Below are positions 1 to 9,242 of a DNA stretch of 64,000 nt, in pieces (positions within the stretch are counted from its first letter, which is position 1; the number at the start of each line of letters is the position of its first letter). The notes below the pieces were generated by a model. That model worked only from the letters and a program-made list of their open reading frames with translations. It did not search any database and had not been told where the DNA came from. Made by a program: the position numbers and the translations under genes. The DNA comes from Pseudomonadota bacterium (lineage in GTDB: Bacteria; Pseudomonadota; Alphaproteobacteria; Micropepsales; Micropepsaceae): contig JACQDN010000015.1 of the NCBI GenBank assembly GCA_016201105.1, positions 13,949-77,948 on the forward strand, in the 5' to 3' direction.

Positions 1-2147
1 ATGCCTTTCAGCGCAATGCGCGACGTGATCGGCCCGACAGGTTTGAAATCCTCGGTCCAGTCGAGGGTGATCGGCGCGGTGTTGAGCTCGGCCGTACCGG
101 TCGCGTGCAGGCGGTTGTTGTCGATGTCGATGGCGGTATTGCCGTTGGCGATCTTGATCTTCTTGCCGAGTGGGATGTTCAGGCCCGTCAAATTCGTCTT
201 GATCGAAATCCCGACATTGTCGACGTTGACGTCCTTCAGCATCGGCACCTTGACAGCGATGTCGAGCACGGCCGCGCCGCTGGTGTCGGAAGGCTTGATA
301 TGAAAGCGCGAGGGATAACCGAGCGGCGGCATGTCGGCGAGCGCCAGCACATCGGGCACGGCGCCGGCAACGCGCCCAGAGATTTCACCGATCGCATCTG
401 GAGAATGCAAGTTGGGAATGTCGACCGCGCCGTCCGTCAACTTCAGCGAATTCACCGTCCCCGAAGCGATCGTGGCCTTGAAGGTGTCGCCGGTGAGCGT
501 GCCGGCGCCTTGCACGTTGGTCATCGGCGTCAAGCCGCGGATGTACGTCACTGTCGCATCGCGCATCGCAAACGTCACGAGCAACGCCTCTTCCGGCAAT
601 GCGGGCTTGCTGAGGGCGCCCAGCGGAATCTGCGCTCGCATTTCGATGGGACCCATGCGGCCTGCGGAAATGTTCTTGTCGATCCAGTCGCGCGGTCCCT
701 CGCCCAAGGAAAGCGGCCAATAGTTCACCAGATCGCGTACGGAGAGTTCGGCAATGCGTCCTTGAAGATCGAGCGCCGGCGATCGATCGGGATCGAGCGT
801 GACCGTGCCGTTCAGCTGTGCGGCCAGAGTTCCGCCCGTCAGCGTGAATTTCTCGATGGTGATCTTGCGGTCCGCAGCCGTGTATGCCGCCTCGAAATCG
901 ACGCTCGCTTTGGTCACCGAGCGCTCGATCTCCTCGGGCATGTTGAACGAGATCCGGTCGCCGCTGAGACGCAAGGCGATTTTCTGGAGCGCTTTGTCGG
1001 CAGCGAACGTGACATCGCCCGAACCGGTGAGCTTCACATTGGCCTGCTTGCCGCCGAGCGAGGCTTCGTCGATCAGTAGCCGCCCCGTCGCGCCGTCATA
1101 GCGGCCGACCACGCGCATCGCGCTGACGTGCAAAGGCGCACCCAACCCGCCGACGACACCCGCCGCGCCAAGACCGAAATCGGCATAGCGCAAGCTCGTG
1201 CCGTGCTCGACGGTGAACGAGGCCGTTATGTCCGTCTTGAGATCGAAGGACTTCAGGCTTGCGAACGACGCCGCATTTTCTCCCAGCGCCCGCAAATTCA
1301 AACCGTCCAGGCTGATGTCCGCCTTCACCGGACCGTTGTGCGGCGGCATCTTCACCGAGCCCGCAAGATGCGCCGAGCGGCCGGAGATTTCGATGTCCGC
1401 GTCGATATTCGCGGTCACCGTGCCGGGCGCGACGCCCGCCTCGTTGCCGGTGGAGATTTCGAGATTGGCGTTGGGCGACACGATGAAAAGCCTGGTCGCT
1501 TCGTCGTAGAACGCCAGGCGCGCGCGCTTCACCGCGAAGGTCTCGAATGCGGATTCGCCTTTGTTGGCGGCCAACGCATCGCGAATGCGCTGCAGCACAT
1601 CGCCTTGCTCGTTGTCGCGCTCGATGCCGAGACGCAGCTTTCCGTCCGCCGTGCGCACCATGGTGAGCTGCACGCCCACAAGCGTGATGCGCCTGATTTC
1701 AGGCGTCCCGTTCAAAAGCGAGCGCGCCGCCAGATCGACTTCCGCTTTGGGGGCCTGGGCGATGATGCGCTGATCGGCGTCGAACACCCGCGCGCCGAGG
1801 ATGACGACGTTGACGCGGTTTTCGTCCCGCGACCATTCCAAAGCCGCTTCGTCGAATTTGACGCCCAGCCCCGGCAGCGCCGTCGTCAGTGCGTGCCTGA
1901 GATCGTCTTTGAAGAAGCCCAGCGAAATCGGGCCGACGAACAATCGGATCACGCCGCCGACAATGAAGAAGACGAAAACCGTGGCGATCCCCGCGGCAAT
2001 CAGGCTGCCCCGGCGCACGTGATGAGCCCGGATATTGAGTTGCCGGACGGACTTGGCGATGCGCGCAATCCACGGCCGGAGCGTGCGCCGAAGGCGGATG
2101 TCGGTACGCTTCCAAAAGCGCCTGAATTTGGCTTTAGCGGTGTTCAC
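1..2147 (-). CDS. AsmA-like / DUF3971 (YhdP-type) large envelope protein, N-terminal ~715 codons; C-terminus lies beyond the left window edge
   Basis: Hand translation of the minus strand gives one open frame from GTG at 2147 to position 1. An in-frame TAA lies at 2196-2198 just upstream. The protein reads VNTAKAKFRRFWKR...GSLIAAGIATVFVFFIVGG (single N-terminal TM helix)...ITLVGVQLTMVRTADGKLRLGIERD... It is not on the ORF track because no stop lies in the window. Plus-strand ORFs 105..1079 and 1128..2159 are Arg/His-rich antisense shadows. Confidence 0.75.
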   Translation of the reverse strand, partial: MNTAKAKFRRFWKRTDIRLRRTLRPWIARIAKSVRQLNIRAHHVRRGSLIAAGIATVFVFFIVGGVIRLFVGPISLGFFKDDLRHALTTALPGLGVKFDEAALEWSRDENRVNVVILGARVFDADQRIIAQAPKAEVDLAARSLLNGTPEIRRITLVGVQLTMVRTADGKLRLGIERDNEQGDVLQRIRDALAANKGESAFETFAVKRARLAFYDEATRLFIVSPNANLEISTGNEAGVAPGTVTANIDADIEISGRSAHLAGSVKMPPHNGPVKADISLDGLNLRALGENAASFASLKSFDLKTDITASFTVEHGTSLRYADFGLGAAGVVGGLGAPLHVSAMRVVGRYDGATGRLLIDEASLGGKQANVKLTGSGDVTFAADKALQKIALRLSGDRISFNMPEEIERSVTKASVDFEAAYTAADRKITIEKFTLTGGTLAAQLNGTVTLDPDRSPALDLQGRIAELSVRDLVNYWPLSLGEGPRDWIDKNISAGRMGPIEMRAQIPLGALSKPALPEEALLVTFAMRDATVTYIRGLTPMTNVQGAGTLTGDTFKATIASGTVNSLKLTDGAVDIPNLHSPDAIGEISGRVAGAVPDVLALADMPPLGYPSRFHIKPSDTSGAAVLDIAVKVPMLKDVNVDNVGISIKTNLTGLNIPLGKKIKIANGNTAIDIDNNRLHATGTAELNTAPITLDWTEDFKPVGPITSRIALKG

Positions 2148-2342
2148 GCTGTCCCGTAGGTTGTTACTAACTCTGTTGCCGGGGGCGCGACGGCCTTACG
2201 CCTCTTGCGTCGGCTCGCGCATCGGCTTATCGCCTATCCTCCGTCGATGGTAAACGCCAGAGGGTTGGCCGGATTTTGGCCGAGAGCTGGCTAAAGAATT
2301 GGTTAGAGGGGCTGGGGAGCCTCTCCGATTCCGGAGACAGGC

Positions 2343-2828
2343 ATGGCGAAAGAACTTGCGCCCAAGAACCTTGGGCCTGGCGACCGGGCGCCTGCGTTCA
2401 AGCTGGCAACCGACGGCGGGGGCGAAGTCTCGTCCGCGATGCTTAAGGGCAAACCCTACGTCCTCTATTTCTATCCCAAAGACGACACCTCCGGCTGCAC
2501 CAAGGAAGCAATCGAATTCTCCGCTGCCAAACGGAAGTTCGACGCGGCCGGTGTCGCCGTTGTCGGCGTCTCCAAGGACAGTGTCGCTTCGCATGACAAG
2601 TTCAAAACCAAGCACAAGCTCAAGATTACGCTGGCTTCGGACCCCGAGATAAAAGCGGCCGAGGCCTATGGCGTTTGGGTCCAAAAGTCCCTATACGGCC
2701 GCAAATACATGGGCTTGGACCGGGCCACCTATCTGATAGATGGCAAAGGGGTCATCCGGCAGATCTGGCGAAAAGTCAGAGTTCCGGGCCATGTGGAGGC
2801 CGTGCTGGACGCGGCAAAAACGCTGTGA
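2343..2828 (+). CDS. bcp: thioredoxin-dependent peroxiredoxin Bcp/PrxQ
   Basis: 161-aa ORF with the peroxidatic Cys motif PYVLYFYPKDDTSGCTKEA. GGAGAC lies upstream of the ATG. Confidence 0.93.
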   Translation: MAKELAPKNLGPGDRAPAFKLATDGGGEVSSAMLKGKPYVLYFYPKDDTSGCTKEAIEFSAAKRKFDAAGVAVVGVSKDSVASHDKFKTKHKLKITLASDPEIKAAEAYGVWVQKSLYGRKYMGLDRATYLIDGKGVIRQIWRKVRVPGHVEAVLDAAKTL

Positions 2829-2929
2829 ATCGGCCGCCTGAAAGGCTTAGGAGGCCCTTTCGGCCCAGATTAACCTCGAACTCATTTTTTTGGGCTAAGA
2901 GCTTGATTGTGCGCCCAGAATTAGGTGAA

Positions 2930-4441
2930 ATGAAACGACAATCTGGGGTTGGCGCAAAGATCGCCCAAAAGGGAAGTAACGGCATGGCCGAAACGCTCAT
3001 AGAGCGTGCTTGGGCGTGGTTGCATACGACGTTTCCCGAGCGTCAGATTTACATTCGGTCTGATGGCCGGGTGCAATTCTTCACCTTTGGACCAACTCTG
3101 CAGGCCACCATGGCTGGTCTGTCCCTGATCTTTCTGGGCTGGGTGGCGTTTGCTTCCGTCAACGTGATCTTCAAGGACCGCATCATTGCGGCCAAGGATC
3201 ATCGCTACCAGCAGATGCAGTCGACCTATGAAAACCGGGTCGCCGATCTGCAGATCTCCTACGACGAACTCAACGGCGCGCTCGTCTCGGCAGAGGACCG
3301 CTTCAAGTCGGTCGCCGACGAGTTGCAGACCAAACAGGACACCGTCCAAAAACTGCTCGGCCGCAAGCAGGCGGTGGATCAAACCTTCGACGCCGTCAAA
3401 GGCGGCAGCCGCGCCGCTTTGAGCGACGATCCCCAGAACACCAACCCGAATGACGACGTGGTGCGCGCAAATACTAACAAGGCCGGTGTCGCCAGCGACA
3501 GCCTCGGCCCCGACGCGCCGACCCAGTCTGAAGATCTGAATGCCGGGCAGTCCAAGCTCAATGTGATGCCGCAACAGACGGCGCCGCAACCAAGGACGGC
3601 GCGCCCGACCCGCGCCAGCTTCCTAGACGAGGCGGTCGGCCGCTTCACCCAGGCCACCCAGGCCTTCTTCAGTTCCGGCAGCAAGCAGCAAGCCGAACCG
3701 CAGCGCGTTCCCAAGCTTCCCGTGTTTCACGCGCTCGCCCAGCAAACCGATCGCATCAGGCGGATGAGCACTGCGGAAACCGCCCTGCTCGTCGGCGTCG
3801 ATCAACAGCTGTCGACCAGCATCGCCCAAGTCCAAGGCGTTCTGCGCCGCGTCGGCATGAACCCCGACAGCCTCGAAGCCCAGGTCCAAGGCAATGTCGG
3901 CGGGCCCTTCATCCCAATCGACAACGAGCGGATCGAAGGCATCGCCGACGCTTCGTTCACCAACGCCTATGTCAGCGCCAGCGCCCACGGCAAAGAGCTG
4001 GATGCGCTGTTCGCCGCCTTGAGCCATGTGCCTCTCACCACGCCGGTCCGCGGCAGCCAATTCGAAGAGACCAGCGACTTCGGCGCGCGCGTCGATCCGT
4101 TCACCCATCGCATCGCTTTCCATCCGGGTCTGGATTTCGGCGGCCCCTGGGGTTCGACCGTCGCCTCAACCGCGCCTGGTGTCGTGGTGTGGGCAGGCAA
4201 CCGTGGCGGGTACGGAAATATGGTCGAAATTGACCATGGATTCGGAATTCGTACACGTTATGGACACCTTTCTGCGATACTCGTGCGCGTTGGCGCTAAA
4301 GTGAAAAAGGGTACGCCCGTCGGAAAACTCGGATCGACGGGTCGTAGCACCGGGCCCCATGTCCACTACGAAGTGTGGCTCGCCGACGTCGTGAGAGATC
4401 CGAGTAGATTTATCGAGGCTGGGCGTCATGTTTTCGAGTAA
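2930..4441 (+). CDS. membrane-anchored M23/LytM family metallopeptidase (LmdC-like architecture)
   Basis: Track ORF 2675..4441 overlaps bcp, so I trimmed it to ATG 2930; ATG 2984 is the alternative. It has one TM helix (LSLIFLGWVAFASVNVIF), a coiled-coil stretch and a Pro/Gln-rich linker. The C-terminal M23 domain has intact HPGLD (HxxxD) and GPHVHYEV (HxH) ligands. Confidence 0.85.
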   Translation: MKRQSGVGAKIAQKGSNGMAETLIERAWAWLHTTFPERQIYIRSDGRVQFFTFGPTLQATMAGLSLIFLGWVAFASVNVIFKDRIIAAKDHRYQQMQSTYENRVADLQISYDELNGALVSAEDRFKSVADELQTKQDTVQKLLGRKQAVDQTFDAVKGGSRAALSDDPQNTNPNDDVVRANTNKAGVASDSLGPDAPTQSEDLNAGQSKLNVMPQQTAPQPRTARPTRASFLDEAVGRFTQATQAFFSSGSKQQAEPQRVPKLPVFHALAQQTDRIRRMSTAETALLVGVDQQLSTSIAQVQGVLRRVGMNPDSLEAQVQGNVGGPFIPIDNERIEGIADASFTNAYVSASAHGKELDALFAALSHVPLTTPVRGSQFEETSDFGARVDPFTHRIAFHPGLDFGGPWGSTVASTAPGVVVWAGNRGGYGNMVEIDHGFGIRTRYGHLSAILVRVGAKVKKGTPVGKLGSTGRSTGPHVHYEVWLADVVRDPSRFIEAGRHVFE

Positions 4442-4982
4442 GAGTAAACAGGCGGCCGCTGCCGCCACTGCGACCCCCGCTTCCGGGGCTCCCGCTTCTC
4501 AAGCCAAGCGCACTACGCGCTCTTCCGCTCCTTCCATCATCAGCGCCGACCTCGTCGTGAACGGCACGCTGACCTCGACCGGCGATATCCAGATCGATGG
4601 CCGCGTCGAGGGCGACGTGCACAGCGCGGGTCTCGTCATCGGCGACAAAGCCTTTATCCACGGCGAAGTTCTTGCGGAAGACGTGACCGTGCGCGGCCGC
4701 GTCCAGGGCAGCATCCGCGCGCGCAAAGTCTTTCTCGCGGCGACTTGCCATGTCGAAGGCAACATCCTGCACGAAGCGTTCGCAGTCGAAACCGGCGCCT
4801 TCTTCGAGGGCAATTGCCGCCATTCCGACAATCCGCTCGCCGAGGAAGCCCGCAACTTGACGGGCTTCGAGCGAAAAATCCCTTCCGGCGCGCCCGGACC
4901 CGTCGCGCAGTCCATGGTGACTGCCGCTCCGGCGCAGCCCCGTCCGGCCGCGACCTTCGCGCCGCTCAAGACCGGCGCTTAA
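4428..4982 (+). CDS. bactofilin (DUF583 polymer-forming cytoskeletal protein)
   Basis: Beta-helical core VVNGTLTSTGDIQIDGRVEGDVHSAGLVIGDKAFIHGEVLAEDVTVRGRVQGSIRARKVFLAATCHVEGNILHEAF, flanked by Ala/Pro-rich tails. The start overlaps the M23 gene by 14 nt. Confidence 0.88.
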   Translation: MFSSKSKQAAAAATATPASGAPASQAKRTTRSSAPSIISADLVVNGTLTSTGDIQIDGRVEGDVHSAGLVIGDKAFIHGEVLAEDVTVRGRVQGSIRARKVFLAATCHVEGNILHEAFAVETGAFFEGNCRHSDNPLAEEARNLTGFERKIPSGAPGPVAQSMVTAAPAQPRPAATFAPLKTGA

Positions 4983-5001
4983 GCCTCACGAGATAGAATT
5001 C

Positions 5002-5040
5002 AAAAACCCGTTCCGCGGCAGCGGAGCGGGGTTTTGTTTT
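5002..5040. terminator. bidirectional rho-independent terminator between bactofilin and prfB
   Basis: AAAAA-CCCGTTCCGC-GGCA-GCGGAGCGGG-GTTTTGTTTT. This is a 10-bp GC-rich stem with one mismatch, an A-run on one side and a T-run on the other. Confidence 0.6.
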
Positions 5041-6170
5041 ACTCGAGATCTTCGACCTTCTCTTTCGGCTTGCCGCCGACGGCCTGTGCCAGCGCCGCAG
5101 CCATGAAGGGATCGAGATCGCCGTCGAGCACGTCCTGCGGCAGCCGGCTTTCTACGCCCGTGCGCAAATCCTTCACCAGCTGATAGGGCTGCAGCACATA
5201 GGAGCGGATCTGATGCCCCCAGCCGATGTCGGTCTTCTCGCCGACAAAGGCTCCGGTCTCGGCCTTCTTTTTTTCAAGTTCGATTTCATAGAGTCGTGAG
5301 CGCAGCATGTCCCAGCAGATCGCGCGGTTCTGATGCTGTGAGCGCTCGCTCTGCGAGGCCACCGCAATGCCGGTCGGCAGATGGGTGATGCGCACCGCGC
5401 TTTCCGTCTTGTTGACGTGCTGCCCGCCCGCACCGCTCGCCCGATAGACGTCGACGCGCACATCCTTTTCCGGGATGTCGATCTCGATCGATTGATCCAC
5501 CACCGGATACACCGTCACGCTGGAGAAACTGGTGTGACGGCGCGCGTTGGAATCGAACGGCGAGATGCGCACCAGACGATGCACGCCCGCTTCGCTCTTC
5601 AGCCAGCCATAGGCGTTGGGTCCTTTGACGAGCAGCGTCGCGGACTTGATGCCGGCGCCCTCGCCTTCGCTTTCCTCGATCAGCTGCAGCTTGTAGTCGT
5701 GCCGCTCCGCCCAGCGCATATACATGCGAAAGAGCATCTCGGCCCAGTCCTGGCTTTCGGTGCCCCCGGCGCCGGCATGGATTTCGAGATAGGTATCGTT
5801 GCCGTCGGCTTCGCCGGACAGCATCGATTCCAGGCGCAGCTTCTCGGCGTGGCTATGCAGCGCGTCGATGGCTTTTTCCGCATCGGCGATCATCGCCGCG
5901 TCGTTTTCGGCTTCGGCCATTTCGAGCAGGCCGGTCGCATCGGAAAGCTCGCCCTCGAGTTTGCGCACCGCTGAAACAGACTGCTCCAATCGTTGACGCT
6001 CGCGCATCAGCTTTTGCGCCTCCTGCGGCTTGTTCCAGATGGCGGGGTCTTCGGCTTTGGCGTTCAGTTCGTCGAGGCGGCGCAACGCGCGATCCCAGTC
6101 AAAGATGCCTCCTCAGCAGGGAGATCGCCTGCTTGATGTCTTCGATCGTGCGTTGGGTTTCGGCGCGCAT
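5039..6170 (-). CDS. prfB: peptide chain release factor 2, needs a programmed +1 frameshift
   Basis: Frame 0 from ATG 6170 reads [23 protein letters not shown], then an in-frame TGA at 6099-6101. The +1 frame continues [19 protein letters not shown]... to TAA at 5039. SPF ([15 protein letters not shown]) and GGQ ([12 protein letters not shown]) motifs are present. Confidence 0.95.
6098..6113 (-). promoter_or_regulatory. prfB +1 frameshift site (SD-like AGGAGG, then CUU UGA C)
   Basis: The minus strand reads AGGAGG CAT CTT TGA C, the canonical autoregulatory RF2 recoding signal. Confidence 0.9.
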
Positions 6171-6244
6171 GGCTCGGTCCTGAATGCGCACCGATATGGT
6201 CGCAGGCGGCTCTCTTGTAAAGAGCCGCCTATCTGTCGTCTTCG

Positions 6245-6646
6245 CTAGGTGGCGGGCTTGTTCTGAGCCGGGCGCGGCAACCTGAAGACAATGCGCACCG
6301 TCGTCCATTGCGAGACGGTATCGCCGTCGTAGGTCGCGGGAACGAACTTCCAATTCAGCACCGCATCGACGGCGGCATCGTCAAGATCCTCAAAGCCGCT
6401 CGACTGCACGATGCGCAATTTCTTGGGCTTGCCGCGCGGGTTCACATACAGCGCGATGTCCACGGAACCTTCCTCGCCGCTTGCTTGTGCCGAATCGGGG
6501 TAAGCGGGCTGCACATTGTTCCACGAGGCATCGAGGCGCGGATCGCTCCACCTTGTATCACCGGCAAAGACAGGCGCTGCCGTCAGCAACGCTGCGGAAA
6601 ACAAGCCTGCCGCCAAGAGTGACGCGTGCCCAACCGTCCAGTTCAT
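6245..6646 (-). CDS. secreted TonB C-terminal domain protein
   Basis: Trimmed to ATG 6646, which has AGGAGG 7 nt upstream. Signal peptide MNWTVGHASLLAAGLFSAALLTAAPVFA. TonB_C-like block GSVDIALYVNPRGKPKKLRIVQSSGFEDLDDAAVDAVLNWKFVPA. Confidence 0.75.
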   Translation of the reverse strand: MNWTVGHASLLAAGLFSAALLTAAPVFAGDTRWSDPRLDASWNNVQPAYPDSAQASGEEGSVDIALYVNPRGKPKKLRIVQSSGFEDLDDAAVDAVLNWKFVPATYDGDTVSQWTTVRIVFRLPRPAQNKPAT

Positions 6647-6748
6647 AAAGAACCTCCTTCGATATTCCGGCGCAAAGAATAGACGCGAAAACGCGCCAAA
6701 GGCCACGCTTCACGCGCCCGGCCAAACCTCACAATTGCGTGGGATATC

Positions 6749-9196
6749 TCAGTAAAGGCCGCCCGTTCCCTGACCGACATCGTTGCCGGGTCCGGTATTT
6801 TCCGTCGTCGGATCGAACGGTCCTTGCGCAATGCCGGGCTCGGTTCCGGCTTTAAAGGCTTCCATGATGGTGCCAGGAGCGCCGGGCGCGGCCTTGGTGC
6901 CGTTGATGCGGTCGATGGAGACGAGCACGATTCCGGGCGGAATGCGGAATGGCGTCGGCAGCGCGTCGGCCAATGCGCCTTTCATGAAATCGCGGAAGAT
7001 CGGGGCAGCGGCCGTTGCACCTTGCTCGTAGCGGCCCAGTGTCCTGGGATCGTCAAAGCCGACGAACACGCCGGCGACAAGGTCGGGCGAAAAGCCGATG
7101 AACCAAGTGTCTTTGGAATCGTTGGAGGTGCCGGTCTTGCCGGCGAGCGGTTTGCCGACGGCGGCGACCGCTCTGCCGGTTCCGTATTGCACGACACCTT
7201 CGAGAATCGAGACGATCTGATAGGCCGTGCGAGGATCGAGGATTTCGTTGCGGGTGTCCGGCAACAAGGGTTCAGCCTGCCCTCGCCAATCGCCATTGCA
7301 ATCGCCGCACCCGCGCGGGTCGTGACGATAGATCGTCTTGCCGTTGCGATCCTGGATGCGGTCGATCAGCGTCGCGTTGATCTTCTTTCCACCGTTGACG
7401 AATTCGGCATAGCCCGTCGTCAAACGGATGAGAGTGGTTTCCGCCGCTCCGATGGCATTGGAGAGATAGGGATCGAGTTTGTCATAGACCCCGAAACGCA
7501 CCGGATAAGGGACGACCTTGTCCATGCCGACTTCATAAGCGAGACGGATGGTCATCAGATTTCGGGACAGTACGACGCCGCGGCGAAGTGTGGCCGGACC
7601 CAAAAAGCCCTTTTCAAAATTCTTCGGCGTCCACATCGGCAGGCCTGGGCCCTGCGGTGCCGAGAACGGACCGTCAATGACTTTGCTGACCGGCGTATAA
7701 CCGTTGTCGAGGGCCGTCGCGTAGACAAACGGCTTGAAGGCTGAGCCGGGCTGACGCATGGCCTGCATGGCACGGTCGAATTGGCTCGACGCGAAACTAA
7801 AACCGCCCGAGAGCGCGAGCACACGTCCGGTGTGCGGGTCCAGCGCGACGATGGCGCCGTTCACTTCCGGAACTTGTCTGAGGCCGTAGTGGCCCGCCTT
7901 GTCGATGGCTTCGACATAGATCACGTCGCCGATCTTCAACACCTGCTGCGGGGTGGTGACCGCGTCACCCACGCTCGCGCTCAGCTTGATCTCGCGGCGC
8001 GCCCAAGTGAGTTCGCTGAGCGGGATCGTGCCCGTGACACCATTGTCCAATCCGATGCGCACCGATTTATCGGCGCCGTAAGCGAGCGCGACGGCCACCC
8101 GCCAGGTGTCGATGCCGGACTGGTTGCCGGCGCCGGCGAGCACGCTTTTCCAATCGCGGTTCACGTCGATGTTGCTGACGGCGCCGCGCCAGCCGTGACG
8201 GCGATCGTAACGCACCAATCCTTCGCGCAGTGCGTTCACGGCATAATTCTGCAGCCGTGTGTCGAGGGTCGCGCGCACCTGCAGGCCGCCGTCGTAAAGC
8301 GCCTTCTCGCCATACTTGGCGTAGAGGATGCGGCGGATTTCTTCGACGAAGTAATCGGCGTCTTCGGCCTGAATGCCCAGTGGACGTGCTTGCGTAACCA
8401 AAGGCTCGGCGATGGCGGCTTGCGCTTCGTCGTCGGTGATGTAGCCGTTGTCGGCCATCTGGCCGATCACCCAATTGCGCCGCTCAATCGCGGCTTTGTA
8501 ATTTGTCTTCGGATTATAGTTGCTGGGCGCCTTGGGCAGCGAGGCGAGGAATGCCGCTTCGGCGATGTCCAGCTCGTCCAGCGACTTGCCGAAATAGTTC
8601 AGCGCGGCGGCGGCCACGCCATAGGAATTTTCGCCGAGGAAGATTTCGTTCAAATAGAGTTCGAGGATCTTCTCCTTCGGATAGGCCGCGTCGATCCGGA
8701 CGGCGAGAATGGCCTCCTTGATCTTGCGCGAGAACTTCACCTCGCTGTTCAGCAGGAAGTTTTTGGCCACCTGCTGGGTGATGGTGGAAGCGCCCTCCAG
8801 ACGTTTGCCTTCCAGAACGTTGAACACGTCCTTGATCGCCGCGCGCATGATGCCGCTGGGATCGATGCCGGGGTGGTTGAAGAAGTTCTTGTCTTCGGCG
8901 GAGGTGAACGCGTTGATCACTTTTTTCGGCACGAAGGCGACCGGCACGAAGATGCGTCGCTCGCGGGCGTATTCGCCAAGCAGTGTGCCGTCACCGGCGT
9001 AAACGCGCGTGGTGATCGGCGGCTGGTAGTTTTGCAGCGCTTCGACGCTGGGAAGATCGTTGGTCAGGGCAAAAATGTAGACGACGAGGCCGAGCGCGAG
9101 CACGGCCACGAGCCCGCCGGCAGCCAGCCCGCCGTAGTACCAATAACGCTTGTCGATCAACTCAAAACCCTTCCGGGGCCCTACGCCGCCGGCCAT
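6749..9196 (-). CDS. mrcA: penicillin-binding protein 1A (bifunctional glycosyltransferase/transpeptidase)
   Basis: 815 aa with an N-terminal TM anchor. GT51 motifs include EDKNFFNHPGIDP. Transpeptidase motifs are SxxK (GSAFKP), SxN (LSRN) and KTG (GKTGTS). Confidence 0.93.
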   Translation of the reverse strand: MAGGVGPRKGFELIDKRYWYYGGLAAGGLVAVLALGLVVYIFALTNDLPSVEALQNYQPPITTRVYAGDGTLLGEYARERRIFVPVAFVPKKVINAFTSAEDKNFFNHPGIDPSGIMRAAIKDVFNVLEGKRLEGASTITQQVAKNFLLNSEVKFSRKIKEAILAVRIDAAYPKEKILELYLNEIFLGENSYGVAAAALNYFGKSLDELDIAEAAFLASLPKAPSNYNPKTNYKAAIERRNWVIGQMADNGYITDDEAQAAIAEPLVTQARPLGIQAEDADYFVEEIRRILYAKYGEKALYDGGLQVRATLDTRLQNYAVNALREGLVRYDRRHGWRGAVSNIDVNRDWKSVLAGAGNQSGIDTWRVAVALAYGADKSVRIGLDNGVTGTIPLSELTWARREIKLSASVGDAVTTPQQVLKIGDVIYVEAIDKAGHYGLRQVPEVNGAIVALDPHTGRVLALSGGFSFASSQFDRAMQAMRQPGSAFKPFVYATALDNGYTPVSKVIDGPFSAPQGPGLPMWTPKNFEKGFLGPATLRRGVVLSRNLMTIRLAYEVGMDKVVPYPVRFGVYDKLDPYLSNAIGAAETTLIRLTTGYAEFVNGGKKINATLIDRIQDRNGKTIYRHDPRGCGDCNGDWRGQAEPLLPDTRNEILDPRTAYQIVSILEGVVQYGTGRAVAAVGKPLAGKTGTSNDSKDTWFIGFSPDLVAGVFVGFDDPRTLGRYEQGATAAAPIFRDFMKGALADALPTPFRIPPGIVLVSIDRINGTKAAPGAPGTIMEAFKAGTEPGIAQGPFDPTTENTGPGNDVGQGTGGLY

Positions 9197-9242
9197 ATGC
9201 GGCCTGATTATGACAGGAGCAAGGCCCCAAATTCTCCTAAGT

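Noticed and set aside
105-2159. Two long plus-strand ORFs (105..1079 and 1128..2159) that cover the left end of the window
   Set aside because: Their translations are Arg/His/Asp-rich with no recognisable domains. The opposite strand reads as a continuous AsmA/DUF3971-type protein with sensible composition. These are antisense shadow ORFs, typical of high-GC DNA.
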